Part shown: piece by piece, positions 8,876-18,313 of the stretch
How the letters are laid out: each line of letters begins with the position of its first letter
Position numbering within the stretch: the first letter of the stretch is position 1
Source of the DNA: Candidatus Sabulitectum sp.
Lineage (GTDB): Bacteria > Fermentibacterota > Fermentibacteria > Fermentibacterales > JCC-6
NCBI GenBank assembly: GCA_029940175.1
Contig: JAOZRM010000001.1
Span: 1 to 40,777, forward strand
Length of the DNA stretch: 40,777 nt
Direction of reading: 5' to 3'
The notes under the pieces: generated by a model
What the model saw: only the letters and a program-made list of their open reading frames with translations
What the model was told of the DNA's origin: nothing
Databases searched by the model: none
Made by a program: the position numbers and the translations under genes

Positions 8876-9352
8876 ATGGCATGGAGTTACATCAAGGGCA
8901 GGTGGTGGATATTTCTTGTAGCCACTCTTCCCTTTGTAATTCTTGGTGTTGTTTTCATCAGGCTTCATTACACAACATCAGGGCAGCATGAATGGTACAA
9001 TAGCCTGCTGTTACTGGGAATCGTGTTCATTCTGTCACCTCTACTACAGATGTGGTGGACATTAAGAAAAATACACAACGGACAAAAAGCCGAAAAAGAA
9101 CTGATTGCCAGGAGTACAATAGGTCATGCTACAGTCATTGCCATAAAAGAAACCGGTCTTTGTACAAATGATGTTCCTGAAGTAGAGATTCTGTTGGAGG
9201 TGCATTCACATGACAATTCGACTTACCGCGTGACTCTCAGAGAACACGTGAATCTCTCAAACCTTTCAGAGCTTACTACAGGTTCCGGAATTGCCATCAG
9301 AATAGATACACTGGACAACCAAAACATTCTTCTTCACTTCCCCTGCCCCTGA
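8876..9352 (+). CDS. Hypothetical membrane protein (2 TM helices plus a beta-rich soluble domain)
   Basis: GAGGGAGG SD; two hydrophobic helices then ATVIAIKETG..NDVPEVEILLEV beta-type pattern. Confidence 0.75.
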   Translation: MAWSYIKGRWWIFLVATLPFVILGVVFIRLHYTTSGQHEWYNSLLLLGIVFILSPLLQMWWTLRKIHNGQKAEKELIARSTIGHATVIAIKETGLCTNDVPEVEILLEVHSHDNSTYRVTLREHVNLSNLSELTTGSGIAIRIDTLDNQNILLHFPCP

Positions 9353-9466
9353 CCGATTGGTATTATAGGATACTCGGGGCATCTGTAATAATGAAGTAAA
9401 CAGGCACTATACAGTGGCTCCGCCGGACCGCTTCAGTCTGGCTTCTCATACTATGAAAGAAGTAAA

Positions 9467-10783
9467 ATGAAAATTTCATCTATGTCTCTACTTGCTCTCA
9501 CTTTGCTGGTCTTTTTCAGTAGTTGTTCTTTAGAAAAACAGGACAAGCCGGACATATTCCTGATCATCATAGATACTTTGCGCGCTGATCACCTTGGTTG
9601 CTATGGTTATCAGCGCGACACATCTCCTGTGCTGGACAGTCTGGCACTTGAAGGAACCATGTTTTCCCATTTTCAGGCCCAAGCTCCCTGGACACTTCCC
9701 TCACACGGATCAATATGGACAGGCTTATCTGTAAAAGCTCATATGGCCGGAATGCGGAATATGGTTTCATACGGTCTAGACAGCAGATTAAACAACATTG
9801 CTACCATACTCCGGGAAGAAAACTATGTTACTCTTGGTTTCGTTAATGTAATGCTTATCAGCCATTCTTTCGGGTTTGACAATGGGTTTGATCACTATTC
9901 AGTATTTGATCATGGTCACGGTAGAGCTGGCGCAACTGTTGATGAAGTTCTTGAATGGCTCTCTGAAAACAAAGCAAATCCAAACCCGAAACTGGCAGTG
10001 ATTCATTTATTCGACGTGCACGCCCCCTATGATCCACCGGCACCATATGATACCCGATTTGCTGTGAATGGCGCACAGGGTGAAACAGATTGGATAACAG
10101 ATTCACTTGGTGTTGTCCAAAATCCGGATGCAACCAGTCACCTGATCGACTTGTATGATGGTGAAATTGCATGGGTAGATGCTCAACTGGGTCGGTTATT
10201 CAGTGAACTTCGAGAATCAGGCATCGCTGACAATGCATACATCATTGTAACATCAGATCATGGAGAAGAATTCTTTGAACACGGTAACTGGTCCCACGGA
10301 CATTCATTGTATCAGGAACTTCTTCATGTTCCTCTAATCATTTCAGGCCCTGGAATTACACCGGGAGTAATCGATTCAACTCCCTGTGGGCATTTTGACA
10401 TTTTACCTGTTATTGCCGGATTTGCCGGTGTTCCGGTGCCAGACGGTGTGGAGGGAATTGATCTGTTTAGTCAAAGATCTCCAGACAGACTTATCCCCTC
10501 AAGTGGAGTTATCCCGGGGCATGTCCATTTGCGTGATTCAGAAGAATTCCAATCAATGTGCTCCGTCTTTAACGGCACAGAGAAAGGCATTTTTAACTTC
10601 TATACCATGCGCGAACAGTTTTTTGACCTTGCTGTTGATCCAGGAGAGCAGAACAGGCTTCCATTGAATACCAATTTTCTTCAAGAGCTGGAATACTACT
10701 GGTCTACTCCACCGGTTGGCCATCCGCATGCTGTTGAGGGGACAGGAGTTGAGGATGACCTAAGCGATCTGGGGTACATCTAA
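9467..10783 (+). CDS. Sulfatase-like / alkaline phosphatase superfamily hydrolase, probable lipoprotein
   Basis: IIIDTLRADHL, PWTLPSHGS, DVHAPY, YDGEI, TSDHGE, HVPLII, FDLAVDPGE motifs; FFSSC lipobox-like signal. Confidence 0.9.
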   Translation: MKISSMSLLALTLLVFFSSCSLEKQDKPDIFLIIIDTLRADHLGCYGYQRDTSPVLDSLALEGTMFSHFQAQAPWTLPSHGSIWTGLSVKAHMAGMRNMVSYGLDSRLNNIATILREENYVTLGFVNVMLISHSFGFDNGFDHYSVFDHGHGRAGATVDEVLEWLSENKANPNPKLAVIHLFDVHAPYDPPAPYDTRFAVNGAQGETDWITDSLGVVQNPDATSHLIDLYDGEIAWVDAQLGRLFSELRESGIADNAYIIVTSDHGEEFFEHGNWSHGHSLYQELLHVPLIISGPGITPGVIDSTPCGHFDILPVIAGFAGVPVPDGVEGIDLFSQRSPDRLIPSSGVIPGHVHLRDSEEFQSMCSVFNGTEKGIFNFYTMREQFFDLAVDPGEQNRLPLNTNFLQELEYYWSTPPVGHPHAVEGTGVEDDLSDLGYI

Positions 10784-10963
10784 CCTGTAGACACCACTTG
10801 AATGATAAGTTCCTCTGTCCTGGGGAAAGAGCACATGATCCACCTTGGATTGCAGTACCTTGCATGTTGTATCGACACAATCACAAATAGGTAAAATTGC
10901 TAAGGAAAAGCAGCAAAAATCAGTAGACTGGAAAGAAAATTGTTTTTCAATCATATTGCGGTC

Positions 10964-11725
10964 ATGAAAAACATGGAATCTATGAAAAACGATATCTGCG
11001 AGATCGCCTCCCATCTGTCACTGATGGGATGGTCCGAGGCGAATGCAGGGAACATTTCTGTTCTTTTACCGAGAGATGAGAAATTTGATGTGGGTGAAAA
11101 CCCAAGCTCATACCATTTTCCAGAACCGGTGAGAACCCTTGCTGGAAGAACCCTGCTTGTAACAGCATCAGGCAGCCGCTTTCGAAGGATGAAACGCGAC
11201 GTGAACACACAGATTGTACCTGTTACCATCACAGAATTTGGAACCGCGGCATTATGGCCTTCCCAATTTCCAAGTCCAACCAGCGAAATTGGAACTCACA
11301 TACAGGTACATTCCCTTACCCCGGACATCGGCTGGAAAACTTCGGCCATAGTGCACACTCATTCAACAAAGATGCTTGCACTGTCCTCCAGCGATCTCCC
11401 GGGAGAAATGCTTCAGGACGCCGTGGAAAGAGCCCACCCTGAAATTTCAATTCTTATGAGGAAGGGGTTAGCTTTTCTAGACTTTGCGCCTCCTGGAACC
11501 TGGGAACTTGGCACAAGAACCAGAGATGAATTCAAACATGCTAATGCTGTGATCTGGCGAAAACATGGGATACTGGGATTTGCAAAGGACATAGAAATGG
11601 CATGCGATTATGTGGAAATGACTGAAAAAGCCGCAGAGATTCTTCTTCTTGAGCAAAGTGCCTTTGGTAATTTTCTTGGGTTAAAGGACAAGGAACTGGA
11701 AAATCTACAAGAGGAATTGAGGTAG
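10964..11725 (+). CDS. Class II aldolase, rhamnulose-1-phosphate aldolase-like (start uncertain)
   Basis: GWSEANAGNIS, TASGSRFR, PTSEIGTH, VHTH and WRKHG Zn ligands, PGTWELG. Confidence 0.82.
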   Translation: MKNMESMKNDICEIASHLSLMGWSEANAGNISVLLPRDEKFDVGENPSSYHFPEPVRTLAGRTLLVTASGSRFRRMKRDVNTQIVPVTITEFGTAALWPSQFPSPTSEIGTHIQVHSLTPDIGWKTSAIVHTHSTKMLALSSSDLPGEMLQDAVERAHPEISILMRKGLAFLDFAPPGTWELGTRTRDEFKHANAVIWRKHGILGFAKDIEMACDYVEMTEKAAEILLLEQSAFGNFLGLKDKELENLQEELR

Positions 11726-11800
11726 GGCAACCAGTAAGTAGAGTATTAATAGTATATTGTTTGTAGTGTAAATATGGATGCTAATCTGAAGGGGTATGGA

Positions 11801-12589
11801 ATGAAGAAACTGATCGCCACAGGTCTTCTGGTTGTGATTGCAGTTTTCTCCGCTTGTGGAGACTCTGCTACTGAGATAAGAGGTACGCTGCCGGTAGTTA
11901 CCGGAATTTCTATTGACTCAATTGCAAGCAAGGGTGACACGATTGTAGTTTCCTGGACTGCCCTGGATACCACTCTGGTGGACGGGTATTTCCTGTGGAC
12001 AAGACCAAATATTGAAGGTACGTGGGCTCTGGCGGCTGTGTGCAACGAAAATGCAGGATCTCACATTGCTTTCAAATCCGCTTATTACACGGTTATGGCT
12101 TTCAAAGGAATAGACTCCTCATCTGATATCGGCTTGTCAGTAAACACAAAAACTCAGAGTGTTTCTGAGATCAGACAACTGTTTGAGTTGAGACCTGTAG
12201 GTTTCCGTGTAGATATGGAAGGCGATTCGCTTATTGCAGGTGACCCTGCTTCTGTCGATTTCGCACAGCAGTTCGTTGTTGCAATAAACCTTGCCGGCGA
12301 AAGACAGATTTTTCCCGGTAACTCTCGCCCTTTTGTGTGGCCTAGTGGAGCAAGAACCAGAATCTCATCAATGGGTGGATTTGTTGCTCCCGCACCCGAG
12401 GACTCTGTTAACTGGCGTGACAGCATCTCCTACGGAGGAAATTTCTTCCTTGCCCTTGATAGCGGACACTACTGCATGCTGAAGGGTACAAGCACAATAC
12501 CTGACACGACAACCATGACAGATACACTTGTTGTAAAAGGACAGATTCAGCCGCTCATGGGCATACGGGTATTTAACGAACTTATCTAA
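11801..12589 (+). CDS. Hypothetical lipoprotein
   Basis: MKK plus hydrophobic stretch plus FSAC lipobox; AAGGGG SD; beta-rich mature part with an FN3-like N-terminal pattern. Confidence 0.8.
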   Translation: MKKLIATGLLVVIAVFSACGDSATEIRGTLPVVTGISIDSIASKGDTIVVSWTALDTTLVDGYFLWTRPNIEGTWALAAVCNENAGSHIAFKSAYYTVMAFKGIDSSSDIGLSVNTKTQSVSEIRQLFELRPVGFRVDMEGDSLIAGDPASVDFAQQFVVAINLAGERQIFPGNSRPFVWPSGARTRISSMGGFVAPAPEDSVNWRDSISYGGNFFLALDSGHYCMLKGTSTIPDTTTMTDTLVVKGQIQPLMGIRVFNELI

Positions 12590-12609
12590 ACGGTAATAAT
12601 CATGTGAGT

Positions 12610-12645
12610 GGGGGGGAGAGTCGCAAAACTCTCCCCCTTCTTTTT
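12610..12645 (+). terminator. Intrinsic terminator between the convergent lipoprotein and aspS
   Basis: GGGGGAGAGT-cgcaaa-ACTCTCCCCC stem followed by TTCTTTTT. Confidence 0.85.
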
Positions 12646-12652
12646 GCTATTG

Positions 12653-13996
12653 CTATGGAGTAAGCCTCTTGATATCTCTTGGGAACATGGTGGTAAGACG
12701 GATATTATCCACACCCAGAAGCCTTGCTGTCACTCTTTCAAGACCGATTGCAAGCCCGCCGTGAGGTGGTAAACCATACTTGTGTGCCTGAAGATAGCTT
12801 TCAAAATCGTCAGGGTTCAAATCCATTGCAGCCATCTTATCTATCTGTTCCTGATAATCATTGATCCTCTGGCCACCAGTGGTGATCTCCAGGCCTCTGA
12901 ACAAAAGGTCAAAACTTAGGGTAGTCCCTGGATTTTCAGGGTCATCCTTTGTGTAGAAGGGTCTTTTTTCAGTTGGGAAATGGGTGACGAACACAAAATC
13001 ACAGTTCCAGTTCTTCGCAGAGTAGGTACACAGTGCCCTTTCCTCCTCCGGCTCAAGGTCAGGCTCGTCAGAGTAGTCTTTCCCTGTGATCTCTCCGGCA
13101 ATTTTGTGGGCTTCTGCAAGAGTAACTACGGGAATATCATCCTCAATAACAGGAATATCCGCATCGAGAAGTGCAAGCTCCGGTGCGCAGGTTTCCTGCA
13201 GGTAGTTGAGACAGTACTTGAGTAAAGCAGTTTCCATTTGCATTACATCTGTATGGTCTTTCACAAAACCCATCTCAAAATCCAGAGAGGTATATTCATT
13301 GATATGGCGACTGGTTTGATGAGGCTCTGCCCTGAACACTGGACCAACCTCGAAGACCCTCTCATAAATACCCACACCCATCTGCTTGTAAAACTGAGGA
13401 GATTGTGCAAGATAGGCAGGTCTACCGAAGTAGTCCACAGTGAAAATATTGGCTCCACCCTCCGCTCCGGCAACACCGATCTTCGGGGTGCGTATCTCTG
13501 TAAATCCATGTTCACGAAGAAAATCTGCGAAAGCTCTTGCAAATGCTTCTGAAATCTTAAGCCTGGCTCTCTCTACAGGATGACGGAGGCTCAGTGGTCT
13601 GAGATCAAGATTTGTATCAATGTGAAGGTCCAGAATCTTCTTTGAAAGATCAACAGGTGGATGCTCCGCAGGAATTGATACTATCTCAACTTCTTCAACC
13701 TGAATTTCGATACTGTTCGGATTTATGGATTTGTCTTTGATCTTTGCGTTCTTCACAACCCCGGTGATTCGAACTGACTGCTCCTCTGCCAGCCCATCTA
13801 TCAACTCCTCATTTCCATCACGGCCAATTACACACTGAAGCAGACCGTCATGGCGACGTATGACTATAAAGGCACCCCATCCAAGTCTGCGGATTCTCTG
13901 GATCATGCCGTGAACGGTGACATTCTGTCCATCCATCCCGGTCAACTCTGCTGCACTGAGCAGTTTCTGATCAGTAGCGGTGGATACTCTGTACAT
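12653..13996 (-). CDS. aspS: Aspartate--tRNA ligase, short archaeal-type (probably non-discriminating)
   Basis: 447 aa with no GAD domain; OB fold, AEGGAN, YLAQSPQFYKQ, FRAE...RHINEY, RPFY, EITTGGQR, PPHGGLAIGLER, FPRD. ATG at 13996 overlaps the upstream TGA. Confidence 0.93.
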   Translation of the reverse strand: MYRVSTATDQKLLSAAELTGMDGQNVTVHGMIQRIRRLGWGAFIVIRRHDGLLQCVIGRDGNEELIDGLAEEQSVRITGVVKNAKIKDKSINPNSIEIQVEEVEIVSIPAEHPPVDLSKKILDLHIDTNLDLRPLSLRHPVERARLKISEAFARAFADFLREHGFTEIRTPKIGVAGAEGGANIFTVDYFGRPAYLAQSPQFYKQMGVGIYERVFEVGPVFRAEPHQTSRHINEYTSLDFEMGFVKDHTDVMQMETALLKYCLNYLQETCAPELALLDADIPVIEDDIPVVTLAEAHKIAGEITGKDYSDEPDLEPEEERALCTYSAKNWNCDFVFVTHFPTEKRPFYTKDDPENPGTTLSFDLLFRGLEITTGGQRINDYQEQIDKMAAMDLNPDDFESYLQAHKYGLPPHGGLAIGLERVTARLLGVDNIRLTTMFPRDIKRLTP

Positions 13997-14355
13997 CAAT
14001 CATCTCCTGTATTCTCCCCGGCTGACCTCAGCAGACGATTAGGCGTGCCTGCGAAATGAGCCTGGGCTTTTTTCATTGCCTTTTCAATTGCTTCCAGCCG
14101 GAGGAATATACCAGAAGGGATGCGTTCCACCTTAATCATTCTGTAGCGAAGCAGTTTCAAATCACAGAGTAATTTGAGAGTAGAGGGCTGATAATGAGTA
14201 CGGGAACGTTCACGAAAAAGCCATAATGCTTTTCGGTTTTCCAATAGGGCTGCCTCTTTTTCTAACTGAAATGATTTTTTTAGACGATCGAGAAATCTCT
14301 CCATTAATCGGAGTTCTCCCTCAACTTCAGCTACTGTTCTTAGATTTCCACTCAT
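13996..14355 (-). CDS. Hypothetical protein (helical, basic), translationally coupled to aspS
   Basis: 119-aa ORF with a TGATG stop/start overlap; fills the gap up to the divergent buk. No recognisable motif. Confidence 0.6.
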   Translation of the reverse strand: MSGNLRTVAEVEGELRLMERFLDRLKKSFQLEKEAALLENRKALWLFRERSRTHYQPSTLKLLCDLKLLRYRMIKVERIPSGIFLRLEAIEKAMKKAQAHFAGTPNRLLRSAGENTGDD

Positions 14356-14440
14356 CCTGAATTTGCCTTATATTCTGCCATTAAATTATCAGAAACACTA
14401 TGTCATTGTAAAGATAGCAAATAACCCCCGAGGAGGGAAG

Positions 14441-15514
14441 ATGAGGATTCTCGCAGTAAATCCAGGCTCAACATCAACAAAGATTTCAGTTTTTGAGGAT
14501 GAAAAGGAAGTATGGGACCTTAAATTGTCTCACTCTCCCGAAGAGTTATCTCCTTTTGGACCCAATATATTTGAGCAGTACGGGTTCAGACGTGATGTGA
14601 TTGTTGCAGCCTTGCAGGAAGCAGACTATCCGATAGAAAGTTTTAACGGAATAGTTGGAAGGGGTGGATTAGTAAAGCCCATTCCTGGTGGTACATACCA
14701 GGTTGACCAAAACCTTCTCAAGGATCTCGAGATCGGAATTCTCGGGCAGCATGCATCCAATCTTGGCGGACCAATAGCCGCCGAACTGGCGTTAACGGCG
14801 AACTGCCCTGCATACATTGTAGACCCTGTGGTGGTGGATGAAATGGAGCCCATAGCAAAGTTTACTGGAAATCCCCTTCTTTCCCGAAGAAGTATTTTTC
14901 ATGCCTTGAATCAGAAAGCAGTTGCCAGAAAGGCAGCAGACCAACTCCATAAGAAATACGAGGAATGCAATTTCATCGTTATACATCTCGGTGGAGGGAT
15001 AAGCGTTGGAGCCCACAGAAAAGGCAAGGTTGTTGACGTAAACAACGCTTTGGACGGAGATGGTCCTTTCACTCCGGAAAGATCAGGTGGATTACCTGTA
15101 GGTGATCTTGCAAAACTCTGTTATTCAGGTGATTACGCCCTTGACGACATTAAGAGAATGATCAAAGGTCATGGTGGTATAGTGGCATACCTGGGAACAA
15201 ATGACATGATGAAAGTAGAAGACGAAGTTGAAGCTGGAAATCTGGAATGGTTGAAGGTTTACCAGGCAATGGCATATCAGATCGCCAAGGAAACCGGAGC
15301 AATGGCTGCTGTACTCCATGGGAAGATTGATGCGATTGTTGTTTCCGGCGGAATTGCCTATGACAAAAAATTCATAGGCTGGCTGAAAGAAATGATTGAG
15401 TTCATAGCACCTGTAGTTGTTTACCCCGGTGAGATGGAAATGGAAGCACTTGCCCTGGGAGCATTCCGAGTTCTGACAAAACAGGAAAAACCGAAAATTT
15501 ACAATCCCGAATAG
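14441..15514 (+). CDS. buk: Butyrate (branched-chain carboxylate) kinase
   Basis: [63 protein letters not shown] before ATG 14441. Confidence 0.96.
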   Translation: MRILAVNPGSTSTKISVFEDEKEVWDLKLSHSPEELSPFGPNIFEQYGFRRDVIVAALQEADYPIESFNGIVGRGGLVKPIPGGTYQVDQNLLKDLEIGILGQHASNLGGPIAAELALTANCPAYIVDPVVVDEMEPIAKFTGNPLLSRRSIFHALNQKAVARKAADQLHKKYEECNFIVIHLGGGISVGAHRKGKVVDVNNALDGDGPFTPERSGGLPVGDLAKLCYSGDYALDDIKRMIKGHGGIVAYLGTNDMMKVEDEVEAGNLEWLKVYQAMAYQIAKETGAMAAVLHGKIDAIVVSGGIAYDKKFIGWLKEMIEFIAPVVVYPGEMEMEALALGAFRVLTKQEKPKIYNPE

Positions 15515-15533
15515 AGATCCGGAGGCAATCATA

Positions 15534-17195
15534 ATGAGCGACAAGTTTAATAAGGCAAAAGAGGCATGGGAGAACACAACTCTCGCCAAGGTTCTTGGGC
15601 GATTCCCTGAGCGAAAAGAACATTTCTTAACAGGCTCAGGCAACAACGTTGAAAGAGTATACTTTCCTGAAGAGCCAGAAGAAAAGTACCTTAAGGAATC
15701 TGGTTTCCCGGGAGAATATCCCTACACCAGAGGTGTTCAACCAACTATGTACAGGGGAAGGCTCTGGACAATGCGCCAGTATGCCGGGTTTGGCAGTGCA
15801 GTAGAGTCAAACAACAGATACAGGTACCTTCTTGATGCCGGGCAGACTGGTCTTTCGGTAGCCTTTGATCTGCCTACACAGATAGGATACGATTCGGATC
15901 ATCCTCTCTGTGCCGGAGAAGTGGGCAAAGTGGGTGTGGCCATTGACAGTCTTTCTGACATGGAACTTCTTTTTAAGGACATCCCACTGGACAAGGTCTC
16001 CACATCAATGACCATCAATGCTCCTGCTGCAGTTCTTCTCGCCATGTATATTGCTGTGGCGGAAAAGCAGGGAGTTTCAAGTGATAAGCTCCGTGGAACA
16101 ATTCAGAATGACATCCTCAAGGAATACATGGCCAGGGGAACCTACATATTCCCTCCGGGACACTCCATGAGGTTGATAACTGACATTTTCGGGTTCTGCA
16201 GGGAAAGTGTTCCAAAATGGAACACAATCTCCATCAGTGGTTACCACATCAGAGAAGCAGGCAGTACAGCCGCACAGGAAGTTGGCTTCACCATAGCCGA
16301 TGGCATTGCCTATGTGGAAGCCGCCACCAAAGCAGGATTGAATGTAGATGATTTTGCTCCAAGGTTAAGCTTCTTCTTCAACGCCCATAATGATCTTTTC
16401 GAGGAAATTGCCAAGTACCGGGCAGCAAGAAGAGTCTGGGCAAGAGTGATGAAAGACAGATTTAACGCAACAAACCCGAAGAGCCTCATGCTGAGATTCC
16501 ACACCCAGACAGGCGGATCAACCCTTACAGCACAGCAACCGGACAACAACATCGTAAGAGTTGCTATTCAAACTCTTGCAGCAGTAATGGGAGGAACTCA
16601 GAGTCTCCACACTAACAGTCGTGACGAAGCTCTGGCCCTGCCCACACAGCATGCAGTAACCATCGCTCTCCGAACTCAGCAGATCGTCGCCCATGAAAGC
16701 GGTGTTACAAATACCATTGACCCCCTTGCCGGCAGCTATTTTGTGGAAAATCTCACTGACCGGATAGAGGAAGATGCAATGAACTACATTACCAACATCG
16801 ACAGCATGGGTGGAATGGTCAAATCCATTGAAGAAGGCTATCCTCAGCGTCAGATACAGGACGCGGCATACGACTACCAGAAAAGCATTGAATCAGGAGA
16901 AAGAATTGTTGTGGGTGTTAATAAATTCCAACAGGAGGAGCCTCCTCCCACTGGCCTCCTGAGAGTTAACCCGGCAGTGGAAACTGCCCAGAGAGATAAA
17001 CTGAGCGCAGACAAGAGCGGGAGAGACCACATAAAAGTAAATGAAACTCTGGCTACCTTGAGAAAAGTCTCCAGGACTTCAGACAACCTTATGCCGGCAA
17101 TTCTTGAATGTGTAAGATGCTACGGTACACTGGGTGAAATTTGTGGAGTACTCAGAGAGGAATTCGGGGAGTACCAGCCCAAAACTGTTGTGTAG
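15534..17195 (+). CDS. Methylmalonyl-CoA mutase, substrate-binding large subunit (no B12 domain)
   Basis: [50 protein letters not shown]. Tyr (RQY) and Arg (HIRE) specificity residues are those of MCM, not isobutyryl-CoA mutase. No DxHxxG motif. Confidence 0.93.
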   Translation: MSDKFNKAKEAWENTTLAKVLGRFPERKEHFLTGSGNNVERVYFPEEPEEKYLKESGFPGEYPYTRGVQPTMYRGRLWTMRQYAGFGSAVESNNRYRYLLDAGQTGLSVAFDLPTQIGYDSDHPLCAGEVGKVGVAIDSLSDMELLFKDIPLDKVSTSMTINAPAAVLLAMYIAVAEKQGVSSDKLRGTIQNDILKEYMARGTYIFPPGHSMRLITDIFGFCRESVPKWNTISISGYHIREAGSTAAQEVGFTIADGIAYVEAATKAGLNVDDFAPRLSFFFNAHNDLFEEIAKYRAARRVWARVMKDRFNATNPKSLMLRFHTQTGGSTLTAQQPDNNIVRVAIQTLAAVMGGTQSLHTNSRDEALALPTQHAVTIALRTQQIVAHESGVTNTIDPLAGSYFVENLTDRIEEDAMNYITNIDSMGGMVKSIEEGYPQRQIQDAAYDYQKSIESGERIVVGVNKFQQEEPPPTGLLRVNPAVETAQRDKLSADKSGRDHIKVNETLATLRKVSRTSDNLMPAILECVRCYGTLGEICGVLREEFGEYQPKTVV

Positions 17196-17224
17196 CTTTC
17201 ACTACTCTTTTTGTAGGTAATTGC

Positions 17225-17259
17225 AGGGGATGGATTGAATCTGGTTCAATCCATCCCCT
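17225..17259 (+). terminator. Long hairpin after the mutase gene, probable terminator or stabiliser
   Basis: Perfect 15-bp stem AGGGGATGGATTGAA-tctgg-TTCAATCCATCCCCT with a weak U-tract. Confidence 0.65.
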
Positions 17260-17287
17260 TGACACAATAACCTTTCCGGATTATTCT
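17259..17287 (+). promoter_or_regulatory. sigma70 promoter for the secreted protein gene
   Basis: TTGACA (17259-17264)-17 nt-TATTCT (17282-17287), 46 nt upstream of ATG 17334. Confidence 0.7.
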
Positions 17288-17333
17288 TTCCAGGGTGTCT
17301 CCAATTATTAATTTCTATGGAAGGATGACGAAG

Positions 17334-18164
17334 ATGAAGATTTTTGTTCTTGTTTTGATGGTAGTAGCAGTTGCTTTTGCAGCAATGGATTCTGCTCCAA
17401 ATACAGCTGTTCCTCAGTCCGGAACGGACACATGGCTGGAAGAGATCGCCTATTTCGATGTAGAAGCAGCGGGTATTCCCACTGCGTATACAGTAGGATG
17501 CGGCTGGGATGGTGTTAATTTCTGGATTACAAACGGAGCAGGCCAGGGTGGTGCACCAACAGGAATGTTCTACCTTTTTAGTCATGATGGTATTCTCCTC
17601 GACAGTTTTCCACAGGTTGAAGCGCCAGGCTGGGGTCTTCGCGATCTCTGCTGTGACGGTACTTACATGTTCGGCAGTGTAACTTCTAATATCGATTACT
17701 ACGACATCACTACATACACTAAGGTTGGAAGTTTCGTAGGTGCTTTAAACCCGAACCGTGCTCTTGCTTACGACGGTACATACTTCTACACCAGTTCTTT
17801 CTCCACTGATGTATTGCAGCTTACCTGGGATGGTGTCAGCGGATCAACAGCCACCAGTACTACCTGGTCAACAAATGCCACCAGTGCTTACGGCGCAGCA
17901 TGGGATACTCTGGGTGACTGCCTCTGGGTAACAAGTGCTAATGGTACCGGTACTGTTGATCAGATTGCTTCAGACGGTTCTCTGATTGATCATCATATCC
18001 TTATGCCAGGTGCAACAATGGGTGGAGCCACAATGGCTCTTGTAGCTCCAATTAATGAGCTTTACATCCTCGAGCAGGGCTCCCCTGACGGTATGCACGG
18101 CTACGATGTAAACCCAACTGCGCTTGAGCGCGAAACCTGGGGTTCAATTAAGAGCTTGTTCTAA
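17334..18164 (+). CDS. Secreted protein, probable beta-propeller, with C-terminal TWGSIKSLF motif
   Basis: Signal peptide MKIFVLVLMVVAVAFA; repeated [WYC]DG-x-x-aromatic blades (GWDGVNFW, CCDGTYMF, AYDGTYFY, TWDG, AWDTLGDCLW); ends PTALERETWGSIKSLF. GGAAGGA SD. Confidence 0.85.
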   Translation: MKIFVLVLMVVAVAFAAMDSAPNTAVPQSGTDTWLEEIAYFDVEAAGIPTAYTVGCGWDGVNFWITNGAGQGGAPTGMFYLFSHDGILLDSFPQVEAPGWGLRDLCCDGTYMFGSVTSNIDYYDITTYTKVGSFVGALNPNRALAYDGTYFYTSSFSTDVLQLTWDGVSGSTATSTTWSTNATSAYGAAWDTLGDCLWVTSANGTGTVDQIASDGSLIDHHILMPGATMGGATMALVAPINELYILEQGSPDGMHGYDVNPTALERETWGSIKSLF

Positions 18165-18186
18165 ACAAATTTAGACAGCTTATCAG

Positions 18187-18214
18187 AGGAGGCTCCATTC
18201 GGAGCCTCCTTTTT
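18187..18214 (+). terminator. Intrinsic terminator
   Basis: AGGAGGCTCC-attc-GGAGCCTCCT followed by TTTT, 22 nt after the stop. Confidence 0.9.
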
Positions 18215-18313
18215 GCACTGCACGATTAAGAGCATAATTGTTCCACTTTCCCGGTTCCATTGTATATTCAGCCATGAGTCTGGTCGTTGATGTTTTTTTC
18301 AAAGGGGTTACGC

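Noticed and set aside
15534..17195. Isobutyryl-CoA mutase call suggested by the adjacent butyrate kinase
   Set aside because: Specificity residues are Tyr (RQYAG) and Arg (HIREAG), diagnostic of methylmalonyl-CoA mutase.
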